Source of the DNA: the human T2T-CHM13v2.0 reference genome, Homo sapiens
Length of the DNA stretch: 64,000 nucleotides
Reading direction: 5' to 3'
Assembly (NCBI GenBank): GCA_009914755.4
Contig: CP068257.2
Location: 13,024,001 to 13,088,000, forward strand
Position 1 is the stretch's first letter. Each line of letters begins with the position of its first letter. This document shows, piece after piece, positions 1-12,924 of the stretch. The notes beneath the pieces were generated by a model. The model had not been told where the DNA came from, did no database searches, and saw nothing but the letters and a program-made list of their open reading frames with translations. The translations under genes were made by a program, and so were the position numbers.

Positions 1-256
<256 letters not shown>

Positions 257-258
257 GG

Positions 259-844
259 TTTTTTTTTCTTTTTTTTAAAATTATACTTTAAGTTCTGGGT
301 TACATGTGCAGAACACATAGTTTTGTTACATAGGTATAAACACATGCCATGGTGGTTTGCTGCACCCATCAACCCGTCACCTACATTAGGTATTTCTCCT
401 GATGTTATCCCTCCACTACCCCCGCCAACCCAAACAGGCCCTGGTGTGTGATGTTCCTTTCCCTGTGTCCACATGTTCTCTTTGTTCAACTCCCACTTGT
501 GAGTGAGAAAATGTGGTGTTTGGTTTTCTGATCTCGTGATAGTTTGCTGAGAATGATGGTTTCCGGCTTCATCCATGTCCCTGCAAAGGACATGAACTCT
601 TCCTTTTTATGGCTGCATAGTATTCCATGCTGTATTTGTGCCACATTTTCTTAATCCAGTCTATCATTGATGGACATTTGGTTTGGTTCCAAGTCTTTGT
701 TATTGTGAATAGTGCTGCAAAAAACATACATGTGCATGTGTCTTTATAGCAGAATAATTTATAATCCTTTGGGTATATGCCCAGTAATGGGATTGCTGGG
801 TCAGATGGTATTTCTAGTTCTAGATCCTTGAGGAATCACCAAGT
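259..844 (-). mobile_element. L1PA-like 3' end (end of ORF2, 3'UTR and poly-A) on the minus strand, 5'-truncated, about 585 bp
   Basis: A poly-T run at 259-276 is the reverse of the poly-A tail. The body is the reverse complement of the L1 3' terminus (ttatactttaagttctgggttacatgtgca…gggattgctgggtcagatggtatttctagttctagatccttgaggaatc). It carries the older L1PA variant 'catggtggtttgctgcacc'. Confidence 0.9.
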
Positions 845-914
845 TTTTAAGAAGTTTAAGAAATGTGTTTTAGAAATTAGTAATTTGCAGATACAATAGA
901 GAAGAAAAATGTTT

Positions 915-971
915 GCTAGTAGGGAAAGGGTCTATCATTTCCCTATAATGCTAGTAGGGAAAGGGTCTCTG
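915..971. repeat. 35-bp tandem duplication (gctagtagggaaagggtct…)
   Basis: The 19-mer gctagtagggaaagggtct occurs twice, 35 bp apart. Confidence 0.7.
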
Positions 972-1410
972 CACCTCAACTTCATCTGTAAAAGTGTGTG
1001 GCATAGGACTGGTTAATCTCAAGGTTTTTACCTCTTTTTCCAAATTCCTGTAGAAAACTACAGTGAATAAAAGATGGCTTTAAACTTTGTAAGCAAACTA
1101 GAATAAATTACATGTTTAAGCTGTCTGATGAAATGAAACTAAATGAAAAAAGGTATTTAATTTAAAAGAATATTTTATGAGTACAAATAAAATTGTCATT
1201 TTTTTAAAATTAGTAGCCCTTTAAGGTTTGAATTTAATAGATATAAGTCTGTATCAAAAGATATAACTGGCGTCTTCTACAAAACAAATTTCAGGAGAAG
1301 GCCTGATCACCAGCCCCAGAGAGCACTCCACATTAGCTCCATCATGCTGATGACTCCAGAATAGTGCATTTTTTTCCACCTAAAATGAAATTATTTCCCT
1401 GATAAGACTT

Positions 1411-1776
1411 TGATATGGTTTTGCTCTGTATCCCCACCCAACTCTCCTCTTGTAGCTCCCATAATTCCCACGTGTTGTGGGAGGGACCTGGTGGGAACTG
1501 ATTGAATCATGGGGGCAGGTCTTTCCTGTGCTGTTCTCGTGATAGTGAATGGGTATCATGAGATCTGATGGTTTTAAAAACAGGAATTTCTCTGCACAAG
1601 CTCTCTCTTTGCCTGCTGCCATCCACATAAGATGTGACTTGCTCCTCCTTGCCTTCCTCCATGATTGTTAGGCCTCCCCAGCCATGTGGAACTGTAAGTC
1701 CAGTAAACCTCTTTATTTTGTAAATCGCCCAGTCTCAAGTATGTCCTTATCAGCAGCATGAAAACAGACTAATACA
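1411..1776 (+). mobile_element. THE1-type solo LTR (ERVL-MaLR)
   Basis: Starts TGATATGG and ends GACTAATACA. Internal motifs match THE1 (ctcccataattcccacgtgttgtgggagggacc, cagccatgtggaactgt). The 5-bp direct repeat 'gactt' flanks both ends, which is the TSD size expected for MaLR elements. Confidence 0.8.
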
Positions 1777-2808
1777 GACTTCATGACACTAGGAAGGGCA
1801 CATGGCTCTAATGTCTCTTTGCATTCGGTACAGTACAAATTTGGTATAAAAAAAGACATGCCATGAGAGAACCAACAATGTCAGCTCTCCAAATTTCTCT
1901 TTTTGTTGATGCAGCATTTATATACCAAGTTATCCAGAATGGCCTGAGGCTGTATCAGTCTTTAGCCTGATGTTTTGTGTGATAAAACTAAAATAGTCTA
2001 TATTTTTATGCAATTGGCCAAACCAAAATACTCACACACTGATATATTGATTCTTCCAGGCCACCAGGCACAGCCTGGAAGGGCTAGAGATCTTAGCTCT
2101 CTCTCCTCCAGCTGTGTAATATGTCAATGTGTCATAAAAATATCAGATTATCTATGTACTATGATGAGATAAAGATTGGGAGCCATGGTGCTGGGATGAC
2201 AACCTCTGAAGAGCAAATGTTTGAAGCAGTTTTTAGAATAAAAAAAATAAGAGACAATTTTCTTCTCAATTTCTTAATGGTAATTGTTTCTTTTCAGGGA
2301 ATAACATCACTGTCATTTTTTTAAAAATTGAGACAAAACTTACATATAGTAAATGTACAATATAGCTCAATAACTTTTTACATATAGACACATCTATAGA
2401 ACCACCATCCAAATGAAGATACAAATTTCTAGTGCTTCAGAAGACCACGTTGTGTCCCTCTCAGCCAGTACCATCTCCACCTCCAACCCAAGGTAATCAC
2501 TATTCTATCATCATGTATTGTTTTGCCTGTTTTATTTTAATGTAAATTATATCATGCAGCATATACTTTAAAAATCTGACTTCTTTTATTCAACATTATG
2601 TCTGAGATTCATTCATGGTCTAGTATATTCTTCTTCATATGATGTGGCATCCTGTTATGTAACTATTCCATAATTTATTTACCCTTGCTACTATTGATTG
2701 AGAATGGTTATTTTCCCCTATTTCAGTCCTCATGAATGAAGCTCCTCTGAGCATTCCTATATACCTTTTGATGGAAATATGCACTAATTTCTCTTTGGTT
2801 TTATACAA

Positions 2809-2936
2809 ACATATATATACATATGTATATATGTATATATACACACGTATGTATATATGTATATATGTATATATACATACATATGTATATATGTATATAT
2901 ATACACACATATATATACACACACATATATATATAA
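2809..2936. repeat. Complex (TATGTATATA/CACATATA)n microsatellite
   Basis: Tandem TA/CA-rich units are directly visible. The ORF-track 'proteins' here are Y/I/C repeats produced by the repeat itself. Confidence 0.9.
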
Positions 2937-3420
2937 CTAAGATAAGAACATGTCTATCTATCTACCTCTCTATATAAGAATAGAAAATTGGGTAATGGGT
3001 TAGGTGTATGCCTAGCTTTTGTAGATATTGGCATATCATTTTCTAAAGTGATTGCATCCCATCAACAATGAAGGAGAATTCTAGCTGTTTCATATCACCA
3101 TCAAATCTTGGTATTGTTCATCTTTAATGTTTTGTTCTGATGTGTGTCTTAACTGGGGCTTTACCAATATTGAGGCCCTTTTCATATGATTCTTAGCCAT
3201 TTTGACACTATGAAATGTGTGTTAAAATTGATCACACATCTCTAATTAAGTTATCTGCTTTTTTTTTTTGTATGAGTTCCTTATTCTGTTGATAAGTAAT
3301 TTGACAAATAAATACATGTTACAAAAATCTTTTCCCAGCCTGTGGCTAACTTCTCATCCTCTTAATTTTATCACTTTATAAACAGAAGTTCTCAACTTCA
3401 ATGTAATCCAATTTGTTAAT

Positions 3421-3438
3421 CTTTTTTTTTTTTTTTTG
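3421..3438. repeat. poly-T tract
   Basis: A homopolymeric T run of about 17 nt. Confidence 0.8.
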
Positions 3439-5590
3439 CATTTTTTGTGTCTTATTAAGAAATCTTTACTCATTTCGAAGTCGTGAAGATATTCTCCATG
3501 CTTTATTCTAGAAGTTTTATTGATTTAGCTTTTACACTTTAGGTCTGTGATCCATCTCAAATTCAGTTCTGTGTTTGATGTGAGGTAGGAGTTGAGGTTC
3601 TTTTTTGTTTTTCATTGATATATCCAATTAACCCAGCACAATTTTTTAAGAAGACCACTGATTCCTATAGAAATTCATGACACACTTATCATATCAAGGC
3701 ACTATTTTAGCGTGGATATATTTTTGGAATAGCCATAATTCCACTTGTCTTTGTGCAAATATTATACTTTCTTAATTACTACAGCTTTAGAGTAAGTCCT
3801 CCTATCTGGTACAGCTCTGCTGTTTTTCCTTAATAATATCTTGGCTATCTTAGGTTCTTAAGTATATATTTTTAAAGCATTAGATTAAAAATCTAAAGAA
3901 AAGTTTGAGTTTCATTTAGCCACTGACTACACATTACCTCATGAAAGAATTTAACTTCCCTTTCTGTTTCCTCACTTGTAAAATGTGCAGTGCTTGAATT
4001 AGACAATCCCAAAGACTTTTGCATTTGTGATTTTCTGGCCCAATTCACACAGAAAGGGACAGCAACTAATATTCATAAATAAACCACAGGAAACCTCCAT
4101 TGAACGGATGATGGCCTAAATGCAGTCAATTTTTTTCTTCACAAATGTTATTTCACATTTAAAATAATGCATTTTGAAACTGGGGTTAGAGACTACTTGT
4201 TTAATATAATATCAACAGATTTACAAATTCATTGTATTTCTAATTGCCTCTTTAAAATGTGACAAAACACATTGCTTTTATTGTAAAATTTTGATAATAT
4301 TCAAAACATTGGCTCACATATATTTCTCTATTCCTAGGACAAAAATGAAAGTCTGCAATAATCAGCACCACTCTACCTCTCCAAATAGGATCTTTAACCC
4401 AAACCCATCCTCTTCATTTTACCAGACTTATACCACAATGCCATAATTTGTTTTGCTCTCAAAATTTTCCTAATTCCTCATGCCTAAAATATTCTCCTGC
4501 TTTATTTTCACCAATTCACACCTAATAGTTTCTTTACAAATCATATCTGCCTGTCTTTCTTGAGTCACTTTTTTCTACTCACTTTTGTACTTTGTACTCA
4601 TCCACCTGCACTGCATTACATAGTCTATCTCTATACACAAATTTATTAAACATTTTATTCTCATCTCCCTACTTAGATTCTAAGCTTCTATTTTGAATGG
4701 TCAGATGTGGAGTACTGAGTTTAGTATTATGCAACTATAGCTAGATCTTTGGGAAGAACACTTAGGTTGTGAGTACCTCCTCTGTGCCAGTCATGTGTTC
4801 TCTCATTTCACGATAGCCCTGTGAGGTATATCCGTCTCATTTTTAAAATGAGAAAATGATATTTATTAAAATTAGGTAACATCCTCAGTGTCACTTGTAG
4901 CATCTGAGCCTTTCCTGCCATCATGGAAATGGGGATGCTAACAAATTGGCTCAGAAGGCCCAGCTGACCATTGGGATGGGGAGGAGGGGGTCCTACAGGG
5001 CACAGACTAGGAACAAAGGAGCGCTTCTTATCAGAGACAAGAGGCACTGGGGCCAGAAAAGCAGACTAAGCAAGAAGTGATACAATCAGGTCAACGTCTG
5101 GGCTGAGAGATATAAGATAGATGCCAAAGCCAGAGGAGCAGAGTGTGAAACAGGGAGATAAAATGGAGCAGAGCCTGCTTTGAAATGCAGAGATGCGATT
5201 GAAAGAGGGAGGATGTACAGCAACAGAAAAGGCAGCAGGTGATTAATAGGCATTTTCTGGATGCAAAAATTAATAAATAAAAGAATAACTTATAAGGGAT
5301 AAATGAGAGAGTGGCAACAAAACCATATTTAAACATTTGCAACCTGGGTAACTGGCAAATTATTAGTATGATTTAATAGAATTAGAGAATTCGGAAGAAA
5401 ATGAAAGCTTGAGTAGTGCACATCGAAATGCATTTTGGATGGGACATTTAGCCATCAATGTTTAACAGGCAATTGAAAATGTATGGAGCTCAGAAGAAAA
5501 GTAGATACTGGAGTCTGCAGCTTACAAAATGCTTTACAATATTTTACCTTATTCTCTAAAATAACTAATAAAAAAACTGGGGTTGAGAAA

Positions 5591-5800
5591 AGTTGAGTAA
5601 CCCCCACAAAGTGGCACAGTTAATGGGTGGATAACCTAGAATTTGAATTCAGGCTTCTTACCATAAAGTTGAGTGACTTCCCCAAAGTGGCACAGTTAAT
5701 GGGTGGATAATCTGGAATTTGAATTCAGGCTTCTTATCATAAAGTTCAGTGGTGGATAATCTAGAATTCGAATTCAGGCTCTTACCATAAAGTTCAGTGC
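5591..5800. repeat. Tandem repeat with a 76-bp unit and about 2.7 copies, derived from a MIR SINE core in antisense orientation
   Basis: Copies at 5591-5666, 5667-5742 and a partial copy at 5743-5800 are nearly identical. The unit ccaaagtggcacagttaatgggtggataaCCtagaatttgaattcaggc aligns to the antisense MIR core ccaaggtcacacagctagtaagtggcagagccgggattcgaacccaggc. Confidence 0.7.
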
Positions 5801-8800
5801 TCATTTTATTACATTTTACTGCCTTTCATATAAGAACGAGCAAATCATCTAAAGAAAAAGAGGGTGTCAGATACAGGATTCTATTTGGGCTGCAAATATG
5901 ATAATGCCTTATGCTAACGTGCATAGCTTCGGGTGACAACAAACTGAAATTTATCAAAAACAGGTTGACCTCCCCCTTGTGAAGGATTTTTTTTATTCAT
6001 TCCAAGAGTTGCTTGCTTATTGCAATTTTGCCTGCTGGTGTGGACATAGCTGAGAGCATCACCTGCCTGCCAAAAAAAGTAAATATGCTGGAAGCTGTTA
6101 AGTGGATTAAAACTTGGTACCACAAAGTAGTGCCCAATAACATAGTCAGAAATTCCACCTCAGCCAAAGATGTTCCTAAAAACTCAAAAACAAAAAGGAG
6201 AGGAAAGAACATTTTAGGAGGATTTATGAGGTAGAAGATACGAAGAAATTATACAATATACAAGCAAAGAAAACAAATTTTTGAAAATTTGCCAGATAGC
6301 TGGAAGCCAAAATTGTGAAAAGAAAAATCCCTATGAGAACTGCTAGTTTTATAAAATATTCTGGGAATTTAAGAAAAGGTAAATTAAATAAATTATGCAT
6401 TAGTTATATTATAATTATGCTGCTGAGCTGGCATCCTTATTTTCTCCAAATTCTATCAATCAGTCAAAGAAAGTCACAGTGCATGGTCAGATTCAAAGTC
6501 ACATTGCAATGGATGTAAACACAGACACCAAGAACAATTGCAGTCATTTTGTTGTCAGCCTGCAACTACCAGTAACCAGTGGTTTGATTTCAGGCAGTTC
6601 ATTTCTCTTGGCCTCAGTTTCTTTATCTCCAAGATATGACTTAGGACTTTCTCTGTAGGATTCCTTACACTCCTCTGTTCCTAAAGCAACAACTTTCAAA
6701 ACTGCCTTACAGGCAAATTAGAGGACTTTTCTGTATCTCAAAAAATACATATATATATAAACAAAGTGACATGTAGTTGCTTCAGTACGTGTAAAGTTAC
6801 TTATTAAAAAGCAAAAATGCCATATAGAACATAAAAAGTGAAATAGGAAGATGAAATAAAATCAAACAACATTAAGTTACTATTGCAAGTCGCAAATGAT
6901 TGAAGATGGCTTGTTTAGCTGTTTGCCAACACTAAACCAAATTGTCCACTTCATGTCCTAAATGGCCCAGCTTGGCACTGGATCATAACCCATATTCCAC
7001 TTTATAGATTTTTCTTCATCAGTAATTCAGGGTGTGAAAGTGATCGATATTAGAATTACTCAGACTGTTAATATCGTTTAAATTAAATGGTTAATTGCTT
7101 CATTTTCTATTTTACTTGGACCATGAAGATTGAACCAATTTTATGAAGCCCAAACTTTAGACAAGCAGGTAGTAAGTGAAGGAAGTCAGTCACCAGCCAA
7201 CAGCACTTCCTGTTTTCATATGCGGATAAGCAGACTCTCGTTAGAAACCCCAACTGCCAGAGAAGACAAAATGCTTTACTTCTCTCAGACTGACGAGGAA
7301 ACAGTGGCTAACATAGAAATTGTTATTGTCCAGAAATAAAAACAAGCTTTCTTTAAATGCTAAGGAAAAAAATAAAGATTTAGTATTTTCCTCTGGTTTC
7401 ATTTGCAAACATCTGTATGCACTGTTTTTCTTCAGGATACACAGTTGAAATGTCATATTACTGGAATCTGGAGATCACTTTGATTAAATTTTGCCTTGCA
7501 TAAAGCAGGCTAAAAGAAGTTAACCCTAACTGCCTCCACCAATAAGAAAGAATGTATCTGAATTCAGCACAAATGGAAACTTGTAATGTTCTACAGTCAG
7601 GTGAGAATGAGGAAATGCTCAGATCTAAAAGGAGCTGTTGCTGTAAGGAAACCATTTCCTTGATATCTGCATGTTCATCATCTTAAGTCTCAGGCCCCCA
7701 GACAGCTGTCTCTTCAACTTCAGGAAATTAGACGCCAAAAAGAAGACCTGAAAAACTGAAACATGCTAAGCCTGTACGTTGCACAGGGGCCAGGCAAAAC
7801 TATATTTAGGATTAATTTTGAGAGCTCTGGGTGGTTTTTGTTTTCTGTGTTGTGTTGTTGTTTTTAATTTGCAGGGAAGCCTGGATGTTAGAGTGATTCG
7901 TGTACACATCTTAGGTAGAGAAGCTAATAAGTAGATGTAAAGAAGTAAAACCGAATTCATTAAAACCTAGAGCATTCATTGACTTGTTTATTGCTGAGTG
8001 CTGAGTAGCAATCCACACACGGTGCAGTATTTATTTTTTTCAAAACAGAAACCCCCATAACCTATATGATGTTAACAAAGGGAAATTGCAAAACAATAAC
8101 AAAAAAAGCATTTTGGAAAATAAACTCATTTTCTTCGCATTCTTCTTTCCATTGCTTCTGAAAATGTTTGAAAATCAGTAGCATTATAAACTTTACAGTC
8201 TCATTTCCCAAATTGGCTTTCTTCTTTTTCTCCTCCCAATCCTTGGTTATATTTGTCACCTTCTGTTTCTATAGCACATGGCTGAAGACCTAGCATTGCA
8301 TCTGCAACAAGTACTCTGACTTTCTTCATGAATATAAGTTTACAGGAATGCCTGTATAAAAAAAAAAACCCATAGTAAGAGATTACAAATATCACATCCC
8401 TCTTAAATCAGCTTCCTGACTTCCTTTATCCCTTCATGGGTCTGGTATGTCAGCAACACTTGACAATGTGAGGTTAAACTACTTGCTCTGCTTATGATCT
8501 CATTCCCTCCTGCTATCTCTTTCAGAACAAAGACCTTATACTATCAGTTGATGAATTTTCAGCCTCTTTGCCTCTACCTGTTATATCACTGCCATCTACA
8601 CATCAGCTCAAGCCATTCCTGTCTTTAAAAAACACCATCTCTGACCTTAAACCTTCCTCCATTAACCATCATTCTCTTTTTCCTTCCCCTGAAAGCCATG
8701 TTCTTGCAAAGACTAATTTATAATCACTTGGTCACTGCATTTATTGTTCAGTCTACCATAATTAGAATTATGTCCCATCATTCTATGGAACGTGATTTGC

Positions 8801-9508
8801 TGAAGGTTATTAATGATTCAAATTTTTCCAATCTAATACACTCATTGCGGACATCATCTATCTGGAGCTGGTAGCACAGTTGAGAGAGAGCTTCTTTACT
8901 CCTAGAGCTGGCTCCTCCCTTGAATGGATAAACCATTCTCCTGGTCTTGTGCTATCTCTTGGACCGTTCGCTCTCAGTCTTCCCTACGGCCTCAATTCAG
9001 CTGACTCTGTCTACTGCTTAACATCCCACAGCCACCACTGCTGTCTAGCTCCACTCCTCGATCCCCAGTCCTGGAAACCAGTCTTTGAAATCTTCCCTTT
9101 ACTCTGGCAATTTTCTCTTCACTCGTCTTGCTGCCTCTATTCTCTTTCACATCCACTTTATCTATCCCCTCACTGTCAGCGTGATCTCTCAAAATATGAT
9201 GAAACTACTTTTATCTAAAACCTTTAAACTCCTTCCTGGAACTCCTTATCATGTTCCCTTAGCACAAATTTCCCCAGTAGCAACCCTGAATAAGGGTTTA
9301 CACGCTGATAGTTTATTTGGGAGCACAACGAACACCAACAAGGGAATGGGGAACTGATACACAGACAGGAAGGCAGGGAAGACTAGAGCTTAATCCTGCT
9401 ACAATATCCTGGGGAATTGCTACAAAACTCATGTCTCCGAGTTATCCTAATGAAGGGAGAAGGTTGTGGGATACATATACAACAAATCTAGTCAGTCTGC
9501 TTCTGGGT

Positions 9509-9578
9509 ATGGGGGGACTCACTTCCGCAGCACTTTTGGGAATGGGACGGGGGGACTCACTTCCTTCAGCACTTCTGG
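9509..9578. repeat. Imperfect tandem duplication of about 37 bp (gggggactcacttcc..cagcactt.tgg)
   Basis: Two adjacent copies are visible in the sequence. Confidence 0.6.
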
Positions 9579-10909
9579 CCTACCAAGAATGGCCAGAGAA
9601 CCTTCTAGAGATCCAACAAAGCCCCAAGGCACAGCTTGAAGTTGGCCCTGGAGCACAGTGAACTGGGCAAGGTACAAAGATATGGTGAGACTCTGACAGA
9701 ATCTCCAACACGTGGCTTACAAATTTTATTTATGTCACATTATCTTACCCTATCTCTTGTGGCACCCTGACTCGCCTTCTTGCACACACCGTAGGGAAAA
9801 CCTTGGATCTTGCATGATGTATTGCTCTGCTCTAGTCTGTGCATCTCTAGAATGCCCTTCTCCTCCTTGCTCACTGGTCAACACCTGATAATTCAACAGC
9901 CATCTCAATTGTTACCTCTGTCACAATCCCTGTCCTGAAATTCCGGTGGGTACTAACCAATGCTTCCCTTGAATTCCCACGTGCTATGCTCATGATTTGA
10001 TTCCCTCCTGCTGTATAAATATCGATACTACAGCCTTGAACACTTCCCTGCAAGTTATGTTGCTGTATGCTGCTAAATAAGCCTTTGGTGCTAAAGCAGT
10101 GAATTTAGGTCACAGAAGCTCCAAATATAAAAATAAGATGCTGTATTTCAGGTGAGCAATTACTCCCATAACTATTTGTAGTGAAGTTGCCTACTATACT
10201 GATTTACCTTGTTGAGCAAAGTAAACCCCTGAACATATGACTAAAATTCAAAGGTATAAAAGTCAAACAATAGAGTTGGACCTTATAAGAAGAGTTTCAT
10301 CCCAAGAGTTAAAACATTTTATAGAATTTTCAATTATACTTTGCCCTTTGGAAACACCCACTTTTATGACATAATAAAAAAATGCAACAATAAAAAATGT
10401 TGACATAATTGGCCAATCCCCACCCCTACCCACACACCCACACTACATACAAGACAATGATGGTGTAGCCCGAAAGAATCTCATGACTGTGGGACAGCCC
10501 TACTTCACAAGGGCTGGTGATATTCCTTAGTTAGAGGATGACATGCATTCTGCATTTGACATATGCAAGATGGATCAGGGATATTTCAGTAAAATGTATG
10601 AAAAAGCAGGTTGTGTGAAAATTGAATGTTGCTATAGCAAACAGCACTTGGATTATATTAAGGAGGAGTCTCTGGAGGTTAGAAGCTTGTCAAATTATTA
10701 CTGTCAGAACAAAGAGATCAGCATGGCCTCTTGAAGCCAAAGTCAAAAACATCAATTTGAGAAAAACTGGATAACAAGAGGGGTAAACACATTTTTTTTT
10801 ATTGAATTACCTCGTTTGCATGTCGGGAGGGCATATTTTGAACTAATTTTATGGATTCTCAGGCCCTTCAAGGTACAATGGAAAGAACGTTAAACTTGCA
10901 GTAAAGGAT

Positions 10910-11267
10910 TGTATTAGTCCCTTCTTGTGCTGCTATAAGAAATACCTGAGACTGGGTAATTTATAAAGGAAAGAGGTTTAATGGACTCACAGTTCCACAT
11001 AGCGGGGGAGGCCTCACAATCATGGTAGAAGAGGAAGGAAAAACAAAGGGGCATCTTACATGGCAGCAGGCAAGAGACAGTGTGCAGGGGAATTCCCCCT
11101 TAGAAAACTATCAGATCTTGTGAGATGTATTCACTTTCATGAGGACGGCATGGAAAGACCCACCCCCCCATGATTCAATTACCTCCCACTGGGTCTCTCC
11201 ATGACACGTGGGGATTATTAAAATTCAAGGTGAGGTTTAGGTGGGGACACAGAGTCAAACCATATCA
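10910..11267 (-). mobile_element. MST/THE1-family solo LTR (ERVL-MaLR) on the minus strand
   Basis: Begins tgtattagtcc, the reverse complement of the LTR 3' end GGACTAATACA. Ends ccatatca, the reverse complement of TGATATGG. The motif ccatgacacgtggggattattaaaattcaaggtgaggtttaggtggggacac is the reverse complement of the MST-type 5' region. Confidence 0.75.
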
Positions 11268-11439
11268 ATGACCGTGGCACCTACTTGCCTGCCAACTCCT
11301 TTCAATCAATAGCATAATCCCTTCCTTTTAGGAACTGGTCAAGGATCTAATTTTAAGTTGTCTTTTTTTCAATGCCCTGTCTCAAGCCCAACCAAAGCAA
11401 GTGATATTAAATAGGGAAAGTGTAAAACAATGGTATGCA

Positions 11440-11757
11440 ACCTCACTGCACATTAGAATCACCTGGGGAACTCATAAAACCTATGGATGCCTGGACCCAT
11501 CCAAGATTAATTAAAAGAGATAAAGCCCAGGAATTTTAAAATTCCCTCCAGGTGATTCCAATGTGACTTCAAGTTTATGAACCACTGACCCAGCGGCATA
11601 GGCATCGCCTGACAACTTGTTAGAAATGCAAATTCTTGGGCAAAAATGCAAATTTTTGTTTCAGACTCACTGAAACAAAAATCCTGTGGGTGATGTCCAG
11701 AAAGCTGTGTTTTAACGACTCTCCAGGTAATACTAATACTAAAATTTGAGGACCCAT
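11440..11757. mobile_element. MER5-like hAT-Charlie non-autonomous DNA transposon, with an extra internal segment
   Basis: Matches to the MER5A consensus: cacattagaatcacctgggg, cctgacaacttgttagaaatgcaaattcttggg, gtgttttaacgactctccaggtaatactaatactaaaatttgaggacc. Confidence 0.5.
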
Positions 11758-12556
11758 GTCCACCTATTTTCACTGATGCTTTATCTGCGTGTTTTTAATC
11801 TATATTCTAGCTCCCCAGAGAAATAGCTAACAACCTCACATAGATATTATGCCTAACCTTACACTTTTACTAAAGTTCACTACAGAAACCCAATGAAAAG
11901 AGTGGGCTATATGTGATTTAGAATTCAAAAGCCATAGATTCCAAAGCAGTTTGCCCATTTGCTAGAGAGGTTACGTTCAGCAAGTTCTTAAAAGTCTCCA
12001 AGTGTCAGTTTTCTCAGCTTTCAATGAGAGTAATAGTAGTACTTATAGCAATGAGCTGTTGGGAGGAAAAAATCAGAATACCGACGTAAAGCTCTAGTAT
12101 AACGTCTCATATATAATAGCACTCAGGAAAGGCTGGCTCTATAAAGAAACTTTCTGAAAATTTGAAAATATATAAATAAATAGAGAAAAACCTGGAAAAG
12201 ATTGTATCAATTAAAACAAATCATTCTCAGGATTTAAGACTAGAAAATATCCTGACCATATTAACTCCTATTAGTCTATGAAAGATGTACGATAGCTCAT
12301 TGTTTCTTTCCCATCAGAGGTGGTTAACATGAAGGTCAGAACTGGGCACCAAGCTATAAATTGGTAGTAACTTTACTGAACTTAGTTATTATTTTTTCAT
12401 ATTACATGCACTCATTTATAATATAATTTAGCTCCTTATCTGTAATGTTTGTTTCAAAACAAATCTGTGTATTATTTTAAGAAACCACAAATCCTTTTGA
12501 AACAAAGGCAAAATGTGAAGAAATGATTAATCGTGTTGCCTTAGAAAAATCAAGAA

Positions 12557-12924
12557 CCATGGAATACTGTGCAGCCATAAAATGAATGAGTTCATGTCTT
12601 TTGCAGGGACATGGATGAAATAGAAACCATCATCCTCAGCAAACAAACACAGGAACAGAAAACCAAACACTGCATGTTCTCACTTATAAGTGGGAGCTGA
12701 ACAATGAGAACACATGGACACAGGGAGGGGAACATTGCACACCAGGGCCTGTTGTGGGGGAGGAGAGCAAGGGAAGGGATAGCATTAGGACAAATACCTA
12801 ATGCATGTGGGGCTTGAAACGATGACAGGTTAATGGGTGCAGCAAACCCCCATGGCACATGTATACCTATGTAACAAACCTGCACATTCAGCGCATGTAT
12901 CCCAGAACTTAATAAAATAAAATA
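12557..12924 (+). mobile_element. L1 3'-terminal fragment of about 370 bp, severely 5'-truncated, with a TSD
   Basis: Matches the L1 3' end (ccatggaatactgtgcagccataaaatgaatgagttcatgtc…gggtgcagcaaaccc…catggcacatgtatacctatgtaacaaacctgcac) and ends in an A-rich tail. It is flanked by the direct repeat 'aaaatcaagaacc' at about 12545-12558 and about 12926-12939. Confidence 0.85.

Noticed and set aside
5591-5800. CRISPR-like array (regular direct repeats)
   Set aside because: The repeats are contiguous 76-bp units with no unique spacers. The context is primate DNA full of Alu and L1, and the unit aligns to a MIR SINE core. It is a eukaryotic tandem duplication.
9317-9661. 114-aa ORF in non-repeat sequence
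   Set aside because: It has no start-context or splice-site support. It contains an internal near-duplicate, it is Gly/Leu-rich and low-complexity, and nothing in it resembles a known domain. I treat it as a random open frame.
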